Assembly: GCF_035594765.1 (NCBI RefSeq)
Contig: NC_085846.1
Span: forward strand, 12,635,190-12,699,189
Source of the DNA: Anolis carolinensis
Lineage: Eukaryota
Length of the DNA stretch: 64,000 nt
Reading direction: 5' to 3'
A model generated the notes under the pieces. The model worked only from the letters and a program-made list of their open reading frames with translations. It made no database searches and had not been told where the DNA came from. Both the position numbers and the translations under genes were made by a program. Each line of letters begins with the position of its first letter. The stretch's first letter is position 1. Shown piece after piece: positions 26,401-38,423 of the stretch.

Positions 26401-29400
26401 TGTGTTTTGCCAAGTGTAACATACGTATATGCATATGTATGTATGTGGACCAGGCATAGGCAAACTTCGACCTATTGTGAGAGTTGAAGTCCAAAACACC
26501 TGGAAGGTCGAAATTTGCTCATGTCTGATGTAGATATATTACAATTACAAGAAGGGTTGGAATATTAGGGAGCCTCAAGGATCACAAGCATAGCATCAGA
26601 CCACAACACAGCAGCAACTCCAGAGTATGGAGAAAATAATCGAGTGGGCAGTTACCTAGTAGTAAAGGCTCTTGAGGGTTGGTGACATCTGGGCCTGGTA
26701 CTTCTCCCGACTTCAAGAAAGATTGCAAGACCAGGCAAAGCCGCGCACGGTTGAGGGTCTCCATGCAGACAGCCCTCACAGCTCGGTAGTTGGCATAGAG
26801 GTGCAGAATGGTGAAGAGGCCATAGAGAGAGTAGGTGAGGCTAAAGGGAAATATATTTTTTTAAAAAATATATATTTAAAATGCCTCAATACTTTCAGTT
26901 GACTTTCCAGTGCAATAAAGACTTCTCTTGAATCTAAAACAACCCCCAATAGGAGGAGCTGGTGAAATTGCCCTTCACCACCTATGGAAAATGTGGTCAT
27001 TTGACCCTCAAAATATTTCAAACAAAAAGTACAGTAACCACTGATAAAAGCGACCACTATTAATTTACTTGATTTCTGGTGTAGCATAGCATAGAGCAGT
27101 CCTGATGGAATTAGCGATTTCTAGACAAGTATCATATCTAAGAATTTGCTTGGTCCTCCAGAGTGACTCTGTGCCATCTTCCAGAGGAAGCATACCATGG
27201 AATCACATGCAAGACATAGTAAATTCATAGAGAGACCTTTTTTTCAGTGACACTGGTCAGTAAAATTACAAATGTGTGTTCTCCGGTTATTGGGTTTTTC
27301 CTATGTATAATTTGTTTACAAAAGTAGGACACAGTAGAAATGTACATGGAAGGCAGGCTGGAGCACAACCCAGTCACCCATCTCTGCCTTAAATTCTTGT
27401 AAGTCCTGCCTCATCTTCAACTTATCCTGGCAACCATTCACTCACCGGAGATTGTCAGCTACCAGAGGGATGAGGAGAAGGCTGAAAAGTAAGCCGGCTA
27501 AGTTCACCAATGTCTCCTAAGAGAGAGAAAAGCAAAAAAGAGAGCCAGGTAACACCTTTAGTTGTGGTTGCTGCATTATGCCTTCCAGTCGGGTATGGTA
27601 ACACTGACACATATAATTTGTTCATATGGGATTTGCCATCGCTTCCTTTTGGGGTTGAGAGCATGTGACTTGCTCAAAGTCAATTAATTTTTCTTCTGAG
27701 ATAGGAGCGACTTGAGAAGCTGCAAGTTGCTTCTGGTGTGAGAGAATTGGCCTTCTGCAAGGACATTGCCCAGGGGACGCCTGGATGTTTTGATGTTTTA
27801 CCATCCTGTGAAAGGCTTCTCTCATGTCCCTGCATGGGAAGCTAGAGCTGACAGATGAGAGCTCACCCGCTCTCCCCAGATTTGAACCACCAACCTTTTG
27901 GTCAGCAGTTCAGCCGGCACAAGGGTTTAACCCATTGCGCCACTGGGGGCTCAGTTAATGGGCTTCTGTGACTCAGGCCAGCATTGGACTAGAACTCCAG
28001 GAGACCATGGGAACCCAGTCACACTCTCTCAGCCTCAGAAGAAGGCAATGGAAAACCACCTTGCCAGGAAAACCCCCAAAATAAAGCACAAAATAAAACC
28101 CTGCAAAGAGCTCCCCAGAACTCTCCACCAAGGAAGATAATACAAATATGAAATGCAAAAAATGTGGCCACGCTGTGTCTCTGAATTGCAACATGAAGCA
28201 TGCATCTTAGGAAATCAGGAGAGGGTCAGTTTTAATTCCCAGGCCTTTCATGCCCCTTGCCCAGCCATCCCAAGGACTGCCTCAGCTGCTCTCACCTGGC
28301 TTCCATCTTTGGCGGAAACGTCTGCCATGTTGTCCCTTCGGGCCTGGTGCATGGTAAGGGCTGCCCGGGTGGCGCCTCCAGCAACTCCCACAATGCACTA
28401 CAAAAGAGAACAAGAGAGGAAAGCAAACCAAAGGGGAAAAAAGCTTTGTTGAACATACACAGAAAGCTGTTTAATGCCTCCAAGTCCAGAGTGGAAATTC
28501 ACATCGAGAACACAGAATCCCATAATTGCCAGGAATCAAGATGAAACATTCTACTAAACTCTTTCCAGACATCAAACCAATGCTTCTTCCCAAGAAGAGC
28601 TCAAATGAGGAGTTTCACAAAGTGTGCGACTTCCATTTCTACCAAACACCAAAGACTCTCTTATTGCTCTTTGCATTACTGACCAAATATTACAAAGCCA
28701 ACTCCCATCACCATAAAGTCGTTGTGTTGTTGAAGGCTCTCATGGCCGGAATCACTGGGTTGCTATGAGTTTTCTGGGCTGTATGGCCATGTTCCAGAAG
28801 CATTCTCTCCGGATGTTTTGCCTGCATCTATGGCAGACATCCTCAAAGGTTATGAGGTATGTTGGAAACCAGTCAAGCAGGGTTTATATATCTGTGGAAT
28901 GTCCAGGGTGCGGAAAAGACTCTTGGGCTGTTTGAGGCAGGTGTGAATGTTGCAATTGGCCACCTTGATTAGCACTGAATAGCCTTGCAGCTTCAAGATC
29001 TGTCTGCTTACTTCCTGGGGGAATCCTTTGTTGGGAGGTATTAGCTGCCCCTAAAGTCCTTGCTTACTTACTTTGAAAAAGCCACTGATGCACACAATGA
29101 GGGTGAAACATGCTGGGAATGCTGGTGCCAGGATCTCCATTAAGATGGCCACATCGTTGAGCACATCGGCAAAGAGTCTAAAGGGTAAAGTGAAAGGTGA
29201 AAAGCTTAATCAGCGATGGTCAAAGTGAAAACATGTACCCTACCAGTATACTTCTGTACTTGCATCATTCACGACACAGTTATTCAATTTTGTTAGCAAA
29301 CCATATTTTTAAACCCACCTCTTATAAGAGATAGGAATGCTGAAGCTTTTATGTTAAGCCGCTTTGAGTCTCCTGCAGGAGAACTAAAAGTGGGGTATAA

Positions 29401-29404
29401 ATAA

Positions 29405-29483
<79 letters not shown>

Positions 29484-32400
29484 AAGCCACACATTAATTG
29501 TAATAACAAAATGTATGGGGATGCAACATATCTAATTAAAACCTTTCATATATATTTTTGAAAATATTTTATGTTTCAAATAGACTTAGATATTTCTTCT
29601 TGCGTTTGTGCAACACACCTACACACTGCAGTTGCCACGCTTATGCATCACAACACAGTCTGGAAAGCTCTGATCCTAAACCAATTGGGTGTTAATATAT
29701 AGAATCATGACATCCAGGTTGGAAATGATCTCGAAGGCCATCCAGTCCAACCCACTGCCATGTGGGAATTCACAGCTGAAGCATCATCCATCCAGACTTG
29801 TAGCTAACAGTAGATCATGGAATAAAGAAGGAAGAGACTTATAATTTAAGACAAAAACAGAAGGGAGTGAGTTCTCCTCGTTACCTCCATTGCTTAGCAT
29901 CACAGTCCAGTTTGCTCCTGAGGATGAAGAAGGAAAAAGAAGAGGCTTTAAGGATCACACAAAAGACAGTGTAGCGTAGCAGTTAGATCAGGCATGGGCA
30001 AACTTCAGCCCTCCAAGTGTTTTGGACTTCAATCTATCAACTGCTAGGAATTGTGGGAGGTGAAGTCCAAAACATCTGGAAGGCTGACATTTGTCCATGC
30101 CTGGGTTAGAACTAAGGGAGGCTGGATTCAAATCCCCATTCGAATCACAAAATTCACTAAGAAATCAGACCCATCTCTCAGTCTAGCCTATCCTGAAAGG
30201 TTATTGCATAAAAACTACAGAAGAGGCAAAAACCACAATGACTTTGTTGGAAAAATGGTGGATATGCCTAAATTAAAATATGTGCCTTCCAACATTTATT
30301 TCACCAGACTCATCAGCTTCAAAGTGGAAATGGAAACTGGGCTCACCCCTTACTCCAGGCAAAGAGAATTCTCCCCAGCATTCCCGTTCCATCTGTAACA
30401 GAAAGGATGAGTAACTTTCATAAGGAGGGAAGGGGGGGCCATGGAAGGCTTTGCAAGGGGCTATTTTAAGACACACTCTGGACAATCAAGCAATATATTT
30501 TGGGGAAGTAGTGGAAGGTGTAAGACTGAGAATGCAAGTTGCCAAAGAGCTAGAAGAGGAATGATCTAGGATACTGTTTCCAACTGTGGGTCCTGATCCC
30601 AAATTGGGTTCCTTTTAGCCCAATGTGGGGTCATGAAAAATCTGGAAATAGTAAAAGGTTTCTCAATGTCACCTAGTATCTATTTTAGACATGTACACAA
30701 ATCTATTTGCAAGAACGTGCAGTGTTTACAGTGGACTCTGCAGCAAATGCTTCAGTTGTACTTCACAAAAAGAAAAATCAACCTGTTTTTAGCATGCCTT
30801 GCAGATGCTGATTTTTTATCAGTGATTGTTTGAGTTTATACCTATTTTATATACCAATGTAACTGGGCTCGCATAAAAATTTCTCAGGCAGAAAGGGGCC
30901 ACAAGTGTAAAAAGTTTCAAAAGTCCTGCTTTATGGAGTTTTTTTTGTGTGAGGAGTGACTTGAGAAACTGCAAGTTGCTTCTGGTGTGAGAGAATTGGC
31001 CATCTGCAAGGACGTTGCCCAGGGACGCCCTAGATGTTTGATGTTTCACAATCCTGTGGGATGATTCTCTCATGTCCCTGCATGGGGAGATAGAGATGAC
31101 AGACCCGCTCCCCAGATTCAAACCACGGACCTTTTGGTCAGCAGTCCTGCTGGCACAAAGTTTTAACTGATTGCACCACCGGGGGCTCCATCAATTATAG
31201 AGCTGAGGAGCTAGAAACCAAGTGTGGTTATCAGATATATAAACCCCACTTGCCCAGTTTCCAAGAGACCTCACAAACTCTGAGGATGACGGCCATAGAT
31301 GTGGGCAAAACGTCAGGAGATAATGCTTCTGGAACATGGCCATACAGTCCGGAAAACTCACAGCAACCCTTGGTTATCTTGTTAGTAGATTTTTGTTTGA
31401 TTTACAAATATTTTTAGATAAAAAATGATTTTTCAAAGTACCATATAGTAAGACCCCGATATATGCAGTATCAACTGTGTCCACACCATGGGGGAAATGG
31501 TCTTCATAGGAATATGCTAGGTTCTCTAGGTATACTTTCCCCAAAAGTTACCAAAAAAATTAAAACAACTTTCCATTTTTACAGGGGTTTTGCAGCCCAA
31601 ACCCCTAAGAAAATGGAGAAGCTAGTGTATTTTTCTCTAGGAATGATTTTGGTGACAAGGAAACACGTATGCATTAACAGACTAAAGACAAGTGAGGAAG
31701 TCTGAAGCCAGGAGACACTTAGGATTGTTTGTAGAGCCCAGAATTTAATCTATGAGTTTCAAGCAATTATCTCTGGATATACTGATCATTAAAAGGAGAA
31801 GAGAAGAGAAGAGAAGAGAAGAGAAGAGAAGAGAAGAGAAGAGAAGAGAAGAGAAGAGAAGAGAAGAGAAGAGAAGGAAAGACACAATGGAGAAACTGAG
31901 GCCAGGTCCCACCTTTAAGTATCCAAGTGACAGTGGCGGCTGTAACGGTGGAGGTCTTGTCCCCGACTCCCACCCCCTTCAGCACCGCCTGGGTGGCCAG
32001 GGTCCCCGTGATACTACTAGCAAAGGCCTGGGGAATTGGGGGAGACAGAGGGGGAGAGTCAGGGGAGTACATGGTCTTGCATTGACCTTCATTGCTCTAT
32101 CCCCACCTCATTCTCTCTATCCATCTTGCTCATTCACCCACATTGACTCATAGACATACTTTGCAGAGTGAAGAACCTCTTCAAAACAGATCAACTCATG
32201 AGGATTAAAACAAGGATAGTTTCCTATGTTCTAGAGCACAGCTTCTTAAACTGTGGGTCCCTGTCCCCAAATGGGGTCACCTTAGCTCAATGTTGGGGTC
32301 ACGGAAAATATGGCAAAAGATTTCTGAACATCACCCATTTACACAAATGTGTTGGCAATAACATTTAGAGTAGACTCTGCAGGAAAATACTTAAGCTGTA

Positions 32401-32988
32401 CTCCACAAAAAAGGAGAATCAGCCTGTTTAGCAAGCCTTGCAAATACTGGTACATTTTCAATAAATGCCTAATTTTTATGCCTGTTTTATATACTTATAT
32501 ACCTGGGGTCATGTAAAAGAAATATCTGGATGGAAAGGGGTCGGAAAAGGTTTAAGAAGGCCTGCTCTAGAAGAAGGGGAAGGTGTTATCATCCCACCAT
32601 CTTTTTAAAAAAGGAATTCCATCCCATTCCCCCAAAATCATAATAATAATAAAAAGCTTACACGATTTGAGGATTTAAAGATTGAACTGCAAAGACTCTT
32701 GCACAAGCCAGTAAAGATGGTCCCAGTGGTGATCAGCACACTGGGTGCAGTGCCTAAAGACCTTGGCCAGCACTAAAAAAACAATCAGCGCTGACAAAAT
32801 TACTGTCAGCTACAAAAGGCCACCCTACTCAGATCTGCATGCATTATTTGCCAATACATCACATAGTCCTAGACACTTGGGAAGTGTCTGACGTGTGATC
32901 CAATACAACATCCAGCATAGTGATCTTGTTTGCAGTGTACTAATCTTGTTGTGTATCAAATAATCATAATTTTATATTAACATAAATA

Positions 32989-33038
<50 letters not shown>

Positions 33039-33684
33039 TGTTATCTGTCTCTCCTCACGGCTTGAGGCAGGATACGACACAGTCAAAACACATCAGCATA
33101 AAATACACACAACAAAATACATACATATATCAAAACATGCCACTATAAAATACATACACCAAAACTCATGGTATATACACGACTCTCCCACCTGCACAGT
33201 GTCCCAAATCTGGTATGCAAGGTAGTCTGGGCTCACGCTTTCGGGATAACCTTGGGGCAGGAAAACTGCCTGCAGAAAAGAGAACCCAACCAATGTCACA
33301 GAAGTCCTGTTATTTCAACTGGTAGGAGAGCTTAGGATTATACTTTAATTGATAATAATACTACCAATAGGCTACCCATTAAGAAACCTCATCGAAGCTG
33401 GCCTGTTTCTGAATGAGCCTTAAGGGAAGGCATTAAAGCAACCCAGGCTTGAATAGCAATGTAAAAAGTATAGATGATGACAAATTGATACATAAAATAA
33501 GAATGCAAAAGGAACAACTTCAAAACTGACTCACCGTGAAGAAATCCCGTATGGAACGATAGCCCTCATCTTCAAGTCTATCCAAGACACAACTCAATCT
33601 CCCATCGGGCAATGACTTGTAGTGACAGGTTTTGCGAGAGCCATAGCTTTCTGTGCAAACAACTTGTCCCCGTAAATCGGTCAT
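23408..33684 (-). CDS. RUSF1: RUS family member 1 (C16orf58, DUF647), 14 coding exons, 448 aa
   Basis: Exons 5'->3': 33684-33535, 33269-33192, 32027-31913, 30392-30347, 29917-29885, 29177-29072, 28397-28296, 27516-27446, 26840-26656, 26198-26141, 25504-25434, 24321-24163, 23972-23895, 23502-23408; phases close to 1347 nt. Motifs AVFLPQGYPESVSPDY, KLDCDAKQWRLFAD, GGATRAALTMHQARRDNMADVSAKDGSQETLVNL, HLYANYRAVRAV. The start ATG is the least certain part. Confidence 0.93.
23672..23787 (+). mobile_element. Sauria SINE 3' fragment fused to half of a hAT MITE (23575-23671)
   Basis: Matches the 3' third of 43718-44044; ends TTTACCTTTACCTT. Confidence 0.8.
27687..27951 (-). mobile_element. Short tRNA-derived SINE, full length
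   Basis: Head GAGCCCCCAGTGGCGCAATGGGTTAAACCC on the minus strand; same family as 22-278. Confidence 0.85.
29409..29486. repeat. Compound (AAT)n(AAG)n microsatellite after an L2 tail
   Basis: Direct reading. Confidence 0.95.
30938..31189 (-). mobile_element. Short tRNA-derived SINE, full length
   Basis: Same family; head GGAGCCCCCGGTGGTGCA, oligo-A tail. Confidence 0.85.
31797..31876. repeat. (GAGAA)n pentanucleotide repeat
   Basis: Direct reading; about 35 nt from a RUSF1 donor site. Confidence 0.95.
32237..32564. mobile_element. hAT-type MITE, ~330 bp (also 30572-30928, 45573-45893)
   Basis: CA..GCTTCTTAAAC / TTTAAGAAG.CCTG termini, degenerate 8-bp TSD TTCTAGAG/CTCTAGAA, three collinear copies. 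Confidence 0.75.
32640..32970 (+). mobile_element. R4/Dong-clade non-LTR 3' fragment
   Basis: Collinear with 33907-34230; preceded by (TAA)3. Confidence 0.75.
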
Positions 33685-33906
33685 GTCTGAAGCAGGACTG
33701 AACTCCAAAAGGCACCAAAAGGAATTGAATGTTATCCTTACCATTAAGAAACAGCAAACCTCATTTTAGTGGGATAACGGCATTTTGTGGGTTTCCAAGA
33801 CAGACTCCTTTCTTTCAAGGATGCCATTCACTCAACAGTCTCATGCATTGAAAAAGTTACTATTTTGGACTACAATGCCTAGACAGTTTCTGGTCACTGG
33901 AGTCAC

Positions 33907-34198
33907 ATAATAATGATGAACTTCAAAGACTCTGGCAGAAACCAGTACAGGTGGTCCCGGTGGTGATGGGCACACTGGGTGCCGTGCCAAAAGATCTCAG
34001 ACGGCATTTGAAAACAATAGACATTGACAAAATTACGATCTGCCAACTGCAAAAGGCCACCCTACTGGGATCTGCACGCATCATCCAAAAATACATCACA
34101 CAGTCCTAGACACTTGGGAAGTGTTCGACTTGAGATTTTGTGATACGAAATCCAGCATATCTATCTTGTTTGCTGTTTCATACAACATCGTTGTGTCA

Positions 34199-34230
<32 letters not shown>
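33907..34230 (+). mobile_element. R4/Dong-clade non-LTR 3' fragment
   Basis: ELQRLWQKPVQVVPVVMGTLGAVP..LQKATLLGSARII (restriction-like endonuclease C-terminus); TAA repeats on both sides. Confidence 0.8.
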
Positions 34231-34232
<2 letters not shown>

Positions 34233-34282
34233 TGCTTTTCCTGGATGGCTAGGGGTTGAACTGGATGTTCAATGTGGTCAAT

Positions 34283-34738
34283 GTGTTGTCGAAGGCTTTC
34301 ATGGCTGGAATTACTGGGCTGCGGTGAGTTTTCCGGGTTGTATGGCCATGTTCCAGAAGCATTCTCTCCTGACCCTTCACCCACATCTATAGCAGGCATG
34401 AAGAACACTTAGACAACAGGAATTCCAGACAGGAAACAATCAAGGCCAGCTAACACCTCCCAACAAAGGATTCCCCCCAAGAAGGAAGCAGCCAGGCTTT
34501 GAAACTGCAAGACTTGTCAATGCTAATCAAGGTGATTAATTGCAATATCCACACTTGACTCCAACAGACAAGAGTTCTTTCTCCCACCCTGGAAATTCCA
34601 CACACATATAAACCACATTTGCCTAGTTTCCAGCAAACCTCACAACCTCTGCCTCTGCCTGCCATAGATGTGGGAGAAACGTCAGGAGAGAATGCTTCTG
34701 GAACATGACCATACAGCCCGGAAAACTCACAGCAACTT
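34283..34738. mobile_element. Penelope-like inverted pair
   Basis: GAAGGCTTTCATGGC..CATTCTCTCCTGAC on the left and its reverse complement on the right. Confidence 0.85.
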
Positions 34739-35186
34739 GGTGAAGTTGTTAATCCTCAAAGCTACCCATAAAATATACTTAAACTTGCAATGAAAAATTG
34801 CTCTTATCTACTATGCAGTTATAATAAGATTTGCACACTAGAACGCTCCTAGAACATGGCCATACAGCACGGAAAACTCAAAGCAATTCAATATGGTCTC
34901 TTCCAACTCTATATCCTTGTGATTCTATAACTCTATATTCTATGACAATGATGATTATGAAGGTAATATCTGTCATAATTTGCCATAGCACTTTGAGCCC
35001 TTTCTACAAAGTTTTAAATGCTAGGAGTCCACTTCTAATTGTCATAATTCCCATCCCATAAAATTATGGGATTTCTATATATAGCCAGGAAACTCCAGCG
35101 CCTCCCCAAACTACAACTCCCAGAATCCCACAGCAATGACTTTGACACAAAGTGGTATCAAACTGCATTAATTCTACACTGTAGAT

Positions 35187-35319
35187 AAGGCATGGGCAAA
35201 CTTGGGCCCTCCAGGTGTTTTGGACTCCAACTCCCACAATTCCTAACAGCCTACGGCTGTTAGGAATTGTGGGAGTTGGAGTCCAAAACACCTGGAGGGC
35301 CCAAGTTTGCCCATACCTG
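35187..35319. mobile_element. Palindromic hAT MITE (others at 5894-6002, 7005-7138, 26451-26527, 29989-30103; halves near 36485 and 40321)
   Basis: Perfect TSD CTGTAGAT. Confidence 0.9.
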
Positions 35320-35599
35320 CTGTAGATGCACCTTTAGTCCTATAGCATTGCATGCATATGGTCAAATGCTAAGCTGGAGGCACTAAGGAGGATCTGATCA
35401 TCAAGGTTAAGACAAATGCTTACAGAAATGAATGAATGGTCCTTGAAATGCCTGCAGTCTTTTCTGCCTCTCTCTCAGTTTGGTCTTTGTTAATGCAATT
35501 TAGAAAACAGCAAATTCAATCACGCTGAGCTTTTTGCCAAGTGGCAGTTCTCTGCTTTCATATCAGTGTGGGTTGAGCTACAGAGGATACTGGGAAATA

Positions 35600-35780
35600 A
35601 TGAGCAATGGGTTGTGGGGAATGTAGTTTTTTTAGCTTGGGAAATACCTCTTTCGTCCCCTTGTTATGTTTTGCACAGAGAAGCAACAAAGAGACACAAT
35701 TGCACAGCAAATCCGGGCTTCCTTTTTACAATCGTCTTCCTCTTCGGTTGAATTCTGGGAAATGTAGTCTTTTGGCACCT
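35600..35780 (-). promoter_or_regulatory. Possible RUSF1 promoter with two ZNF143/Staf-like motifs
   Basis: Minus strand reads ACTACATTCCCCACAA (~35612-35627) and GACTACATTTCCCAGAA (~35753-35769) in non-repeat DNA with several CpGs; candidate UTR-exon donor GTAAG at 35423-35419. Confidence 0.35.
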
Positions 35781-36554
35781 CTCTCCTTCCTTTTCATCTA
35801 TTGTTGGGAGTCCAAAAAAGAAGTGTGCAAATCCTATTATAACTGCATAGTAAATAAGAGCAATTTTTCCGTTGCATGTTTAAGTGTGTTTTATGGGTAG
35901 CTTTGAGGATTAACAACTTCTCCAGGTTGCTGTGAGTTTTCCGGGCTGCATGGACATGTCCCAGAAGTATTCTCTCCTGATGTTTCGCCCACATCTCTGG
36001 CAGGCACCCTCACTAGACAAGTGTGGTTTATATATCTGTGGAATAATGTCCAGGGTGGGAGAAAGAACTCTTGTCTGCTTGAGGCAAGTGTGAATGTTGC
36101 AATTAGACACTTTGATTAGCATTGAATGACCTTGCAGCTTCAAAGCCTGCCTGCGTCCTGCCTGGGGGGAATCCTTTGTTAGGAAGCATTTACACAGGCC
36201 TTGGATCCCTATCTTGGAAGAAATGCGAGTATAAAATTAAATTATTGTTGTTGTTGTTGTTCTAGTGATTATTGCTAATGCTTCAACACGGTAATGTATC
36301 AATACATCAGTGCTTGATCCTTTTCACATCATGTTCCGTTTCACGTTTAAATGTATTTTATTATTTGCATGCTCCATGTCATTAAATATATTTTTTAATT
36401 TTTATATTCATATTTTAATGCATTTGCTTAGTTTTTAATTGTACTGTCAGGTTTGCGCTTAGCCACCTTTAATCCCTATATGGCAGGCATGGGCAAATTT
36501 GGGCCCTCCAGGTGTGTTGGACTTCAGCTCCCACAATTCCTAACAGCCTACCTC

Positions 36555-36860
36555 TCAACCTTCCCTTCTGCAGGCTAAACAATTGGACACAGTATTCAAG
36601 ATGAAGTCTAACCAAAGCTGAATAAAGAGGCACCATGACTTCCTTCGATCTAGATACCATACTTCTTTTGATGCAGCCCATATCCCCATTGGCTTTTTAA
36701 GCTGCTGCATCACACTGTTGGCTCATGTTCAATTTGTTATCCACAAAGACTCCTGATCTTTCTCGCATGGACTGCTGTCAAGCCAGGCATCACCCATTCT
36801 GTATCTTTGCATTTCCTTTTTTTCTGTCTAAATGTAGTATCGTACATTTGTCCTTGTAAA
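36555..36860 (-). mobile_element. CR1 ORF2 fragment
   Basis: [32 protein letters not shown]. Confidence 0.85.
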
Positions 36861-37314
36861 TATTTCAATGCATATTAATAATATGCTCTGCTTAGGTGTG
36901 GTTCGCACCAACCTCCAACAAGAGCAGACTAAATGTGCATCTGCACTGTAGAATTAATGCCTTTTGACACCAGGTTAACTGCCATGGAATCACGGGAGTT
37001 GTAGTTTTATAAGGCCTTTAGCCTTCTATGGCAAAGATTGCTGGGAACTCTCCAAACCACGGCTCCAAGGATTTCATAACATTGAGCCATAGAAGTTAAA
37101 GTTGTATCAAATTGCATTAATTCTACAGTGTAGATAACTTCTAATACAGGCCGAGGCCCTGTGATACATTGCATTTAAGGGGCTTGGTAGCCATGCCCTC
37201 CCCTTTGAACTGTTTTATGGAAAGCTAGGATTTTTTGTAATTGAATCTTTTCATGAGTTAAAGCCCAAAGCTGTAGCACAGCTTGTGCATAACAGTGGCT
37301 TTACTCCTCCAAAC

Positions 37315-37861
37315 ATCATAGAATCATAGAGATGGAAGAGACCTCCTGGGCCATACAGTCCAACCCCGTGCCAAGAAGCAGGAAAATAGCATTGAAAGCA
37401 CCCCGACAGATGGCCATCCAGCCTCTGCTTAAAAGCCTCCAAAGAAGGAGCCTCCACCACGCTCCAGGGCAGAGAGTTCCATTGCTGAACAGCTCTCACA
37501 GTGAGGAAGTTCTTACTAATGTTCAGGTGGAATCTCCTTTCTTGTAGTTTGTAGCCATTATTCTGCGTCCTAGTCTCCAGGGCAGCAGAAAACAAGCTTG
37601 CTCCCTCCTCCCTATGACTTCCCCTCACATATTTATACATGGCTATCATGTCTCCTCAGCCTTCTCTTCTGCAACTTAAACATGCCCAACTCTTTAAGCC
37701 GCTCCTCATAGAGCTTGTTCTCCAGACCCTTGATCATTTTAGTCGCCCTCCTCTGGACACATTCCAGCTTGTCAACATCTCCCTTCAATTGCAGTGCCCA
37801 GAATTGGACGCTGTGATTCCAGGTGTGGTCTGACCAAGGCAGACTAGAAGGGTAGCATGAC
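37315..37861 (-). mobile_element. CR1 LINE 3' fragment
   Basis: [31 protein letters not shown]; QWNSLP..FKQRLD; ATTCTATG terminal repeat. Confidence 0.92.
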
Positions 37862-38423
37862 CGATTTATCACTGCCCACAGTCTTCCCAGTTTCACCAGA
37901 ACAAAGAGACAGACACTGCCTTCTGAGGAACAGAGAAATATCTCCAGCTTTTACTTCCAAAAACACTGAAAGCAATCCTTAAAATAACTGATAAAAGAAA
38001 AAAGCCCCTCTTTGTAAGAGAGCATTGGAACTGCATGACAGCTGCCTGCAGTGAACTTGTGCCATGGAAGTTTTCAAAATGGCTTAAGAAGAGAAGAAAA
38101 AAAAAAAAACAAAGCAGCCCAAAGGCAATTTGAAGAGGGAAGAAGAACAGGAGGAAAAATAATTTGGGATACCAAGGGAGGGAAGAGGAGGGGTATCCAG
38201 TGAAGAGACCCAGGAAGACGAAAGGTACAGAAGGGAGGAAACAAAAACAACCGAGAAACAGATCCACTGAAAAGAAGCCTCACAGAACAGATTTTAAACA
38301 GAAAGGAGAGCCAGAGAACAGATGGGAATGCGACTTGGAGGCGCTCAAGACAGGTCTTTAACCAAGAGATCCAGGCAGTCTGTGAAAGGAATCCCCTTGG
38401 ATAGGAAAACAGAGGCCAGCAAT

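Noticed and set aside
31752-32153. ORFs with RREEK, poly-I, poly-N or poly-Y runs (also 7402-7679, 29293-29490)
   Set aside because: Microsatellite translation artefacts.
35105-35130. ACTACAACTCCCA inside MITEs as functional ZNF143 promoters
   Set aside because: The motif is part of the repeat consensus, so function cannot be argued from sequence alone.
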